A stretch of 64,000 nucleotides of DNA from Kiritimatiellia bacterium (GTDB lineage Bacteria; Verrucomicrobiota; Kiritimatiellia; UBA8416; JABMPJ01), in NCBI GenBank assembly GCA_016783675.1, contig JADHWE010000004.1:4072-68071 (forward strand), given 5' to 3'. Shown piece by piece: positions 62,188 to 64,000 of the stretch. The translations under genes and the position numbers were made by a program. How positions within the stretch are numbered: the stretch's first letter is position 1; each line of letters begins with the position of its first letter. Below the pieces are notes generated by a model. It saw only the letters and a list, made by a program, of their open reading frames with translations, was not told where the DNA came from and ran no database searches.

Positions 62188-63564
62188 ATGAACATTGAAT
62201 CTATTATTCCTTACATGTATATCGCGGCGTCCGTGTTCTTCGTCTACGGACTCAAGAGGCTCAGCCATGCCAAGACGGCGCGGTCGGGCAACATGGTGTC
62301 ATCCATCGGTATGTTGCTGGCGATCGTGGCGACCTTGCTCTACGGCGGGATGTCGTTCAAGTGGATCATTGTCGGTGGCGTGATTGGGTCGGCTATCGGT
62401 GCGTCCGCGGCGCGGCTCGTCAAGATGACCTCCATGCCCGAGATGGTTGGACTCTTCAACGGGTTCGGCGGCCTGGCCAGCTTGCTGGTGGGTTGGGCGG
62501 AGTATCACACGATCCAGGCTGACCCGGCATCGGGGTCGCTCTTCACGCTGATTGCCATTGGCGCCACCGTGCTGATCGGCGGGGTGACGTTCGCCGGCAG
62601 CATGATTGCTTACGCGAAACTGGCCGAGAAGATGAGCGGGAAGCCCGTACTCTTCAAGGGTCAGCAGCTTGTCAACGGCGCGCTGCTCCTGCTGTCTGTT
62701 GCTGCGACAGTGATGTTCTGCGTCAACCCGGCATCGACCTACGGCATCTTCATTGGGATGGTCGTGGTATCGATGATCCTGGGTGTGCTGGTGACTATTC
62801 CCATCGGCGGGGCGGATATGCCCGTGGTGATCGCGCTGCTCAACAGCTACTCCGGATTGGCGGCGTGTGCGGCCGGTTTCGTGATCATGAACAACGTGCT
62901 CATCGTGGCCGGCTCACTCGTTGGTGCGAGCGGGTTGATCCTGACCAGCATCATGTGCCGCGCCATGAACCGCTCGCTGGCGAACGTTATGTTTGCCGGT
63001 GTGGGTGCGACCGTCTCAGGCGGTAAGACCTTCGAGGGCGAGGCCAAGACCGTGTCGGCGCAAGATGCCTACCTGATGCTTGAGGCGGCTTCGTCGGTGG
63101 TATTTGTACCGGGATACGGCATGGCCGTGGCCCAGGCACAGCACGTGGTCAAAGAGCTCGGCGACCTGCTCGAGGAGAACGGTTGCGAAGTCAACTACTG
63201 CGTGCATCCCGTGGCCGGCCGTATGCCCGGACACATGAACGTGTTGCTGGCCGAGGCCGACGTCCCGTACGAACAGTTGGTTGAGCCGCAGGACGTCAAT
63301 CCGACGATAACGAACGTGGACGTGGCCGTCGTGATCGGCGCCAACGACGTGGTCAACCCGGCGGCGCGTGAAGAGGGTACGGCCCTCTACGGCATGCCGA
63401 TTATCGACGTCGACAACGCCAAGGTCTGCATCGTGCTCAAGCGCTCGCTGAAGGCCGGGTTCGCCGGCGTGGACAACCCGCTCTTCTTCGCGCCGAACAC
63501 GCGGATGCTGCTCGGCGACGCCAAGGCCTCCATCACGCACGTCGTAGGCGAGTTCAAAGAATAA
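62188..63564 (+). CDS. pntB: NAD(P) transhydrogenase beta subunit
   Basis: MPEMV, IGGADMPVVI..LNSYSG, AMNRS, HPVAGRMPGHMNVLLAEA, GANDVVNP. Confidence 0.97.
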   Translation: MNIESIIPYMYIAASVFFVYGLKRLSHAKTARSGNMVSSIGMLLAIVATLLYGGMSFKWIIVGGVIGSAIGASAARLVKMTSMPEMVGLFNGFGGLASLLVGWAEYHTIQADPASGSLFTLIAIGATVLIGGVTFAGSMIAYAKLAEKMSGKPVLFKGQQLVNGALLLLSVAATVMFCVNPASTYGIFIGMVVVSMILGVLVTIPIGGADMPVVIALLNSYSGLAACAAGFVIMNNVLIVAGSLVGASGLILTSIMCRAMNRSLANVMFAGVGATVSGGKTFEGEAKTVSAQDAYLMLEAASSVVFVPGYGMAVAQAQHVVKELGDLLEENGCEVNYCVHPVAGRMPGHMNVLLAEADVPYEQLVEPQDVNPTITNVDVAVVIGANDVVNPAAREEGTALYGMPIIDVDNAKVCIVLKRSLKAGFAGVDNPLFFAPNTRMLLGDAKASITHVVGEFKE

Positions 63565-63950
63565 TGCAGCGGGGCCGCAAGCGGAAATCGGGGCGATGGG
63601 AGGTGGCACGTGAGCGCTTCCGGATCGCCGACCACGTGCCGCCGGCGGGCGTGGAGGATGCCACCCCTCTGGGCGATATCCTCACGCGCGTCATGAAAAA
63701 GGCCGGCTTGGCTGAACAGCACTGGGCCGCCGTACTCGAAGAGTCATGGGCCGACATTGCGGGTGAAAACGTCGCGCGCCACACCCGCCCGGGCCCGCTC
63801 CGGGATAAGGCGCTGTCGGTCTACGTGGACAGCCCGGTCTGGCTCAACGAGTTGCGCCGCATGGGCCAGCGCCACCTGCTCAATAACCTCCAAAAGCAGT
63901 TCGGTCGCTCGCGAATCACCGCCGTGAAATTGGAGCTCGATCCGGGGTGA
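63564..63950 (+). CDS. DUF721 / DciA family protein
   Basis: W..IAG..VA.HTRP......L.V.VDSP.W..EL; TAATG overlap with pntB. Confidence 0.8.
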   Translation: MQRGRKRKSGRWEVARERFRIADHVPPAGVEDATPLGDILTRVMKKAGLAEQHWAAVLEESWADIAGENVARHTRPGPLRDKALSVYVDSPVWLNELRRMGQRHLLNNLQKQFGRSRITAVKLELDPG

Positions 63951-64000
63951 AAGGCCTGCTTCTGCCATGGACTACACAACGACGGAGCTGTGCTGGATCG

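Noticed and set aside
63967-64000. ORF start ATGGACTAC at the window end
   Set aside because: Only 11 codons are visible; cannot be assigned

Overview
GC-rich bacterial chromosomal window, probably from a diderm anaerobe of the PVC superphylum (Kiritimatiellota/Lentisphaerae-like; inferred from gene style and a C-terminal sorting-like tail, not proven). From start to end it holds: (1) the tail of an exopolysaccharide locus (Wzc-type kinase fused to TPRs, O-antigen ligase-like protein), a GT39 and LptF/G; (2) a DtxR-feoAA-feoB-feoC iron operon, separated from a divergent rubrerythrin/rubredoxin-reductase pair by a complete IS with inverted repeats and target duplication; (3) a NikR-controlled Ni/Co ECF-transporter operon headed by a small beta-barrel; (4) an AcrR-AcrA operon whose AcrB-type pump is fused in frame to its outer-membrane factor through an internal lipobox; (5) a Fic / ECF sigma / unknown protein / Ser-Thr kinase operon facing two DUF1566 exported proteins; (6) LuxR, DUF1846, carB and a vapBC-type TA pair; (7) hom, aspartate kinase, cimA, valS (with an in-frame TAG at codon 20), Lrp and an aminotransferase; (8) an orphan secretin cluster; (9) serA-ECF-anti-sigma, a phosphoesterase-PHP fusion, rpmE-prfA-prmC, pntAA-AB-B and DciA. 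Several short repeat families are present (GTAG REP doublets, heptamer arrays, a 54-bp palindrome). No rRNA, tRNA or CRISPR array was recognised. Best candidates for undescribed biology: the RND-OMF polyprotein, the Fic/ECF/adaptor/kinase module, the valS amber codon and the N-terminal-His nickel relay. All product calls come from motif recognition by eye, without database searches.
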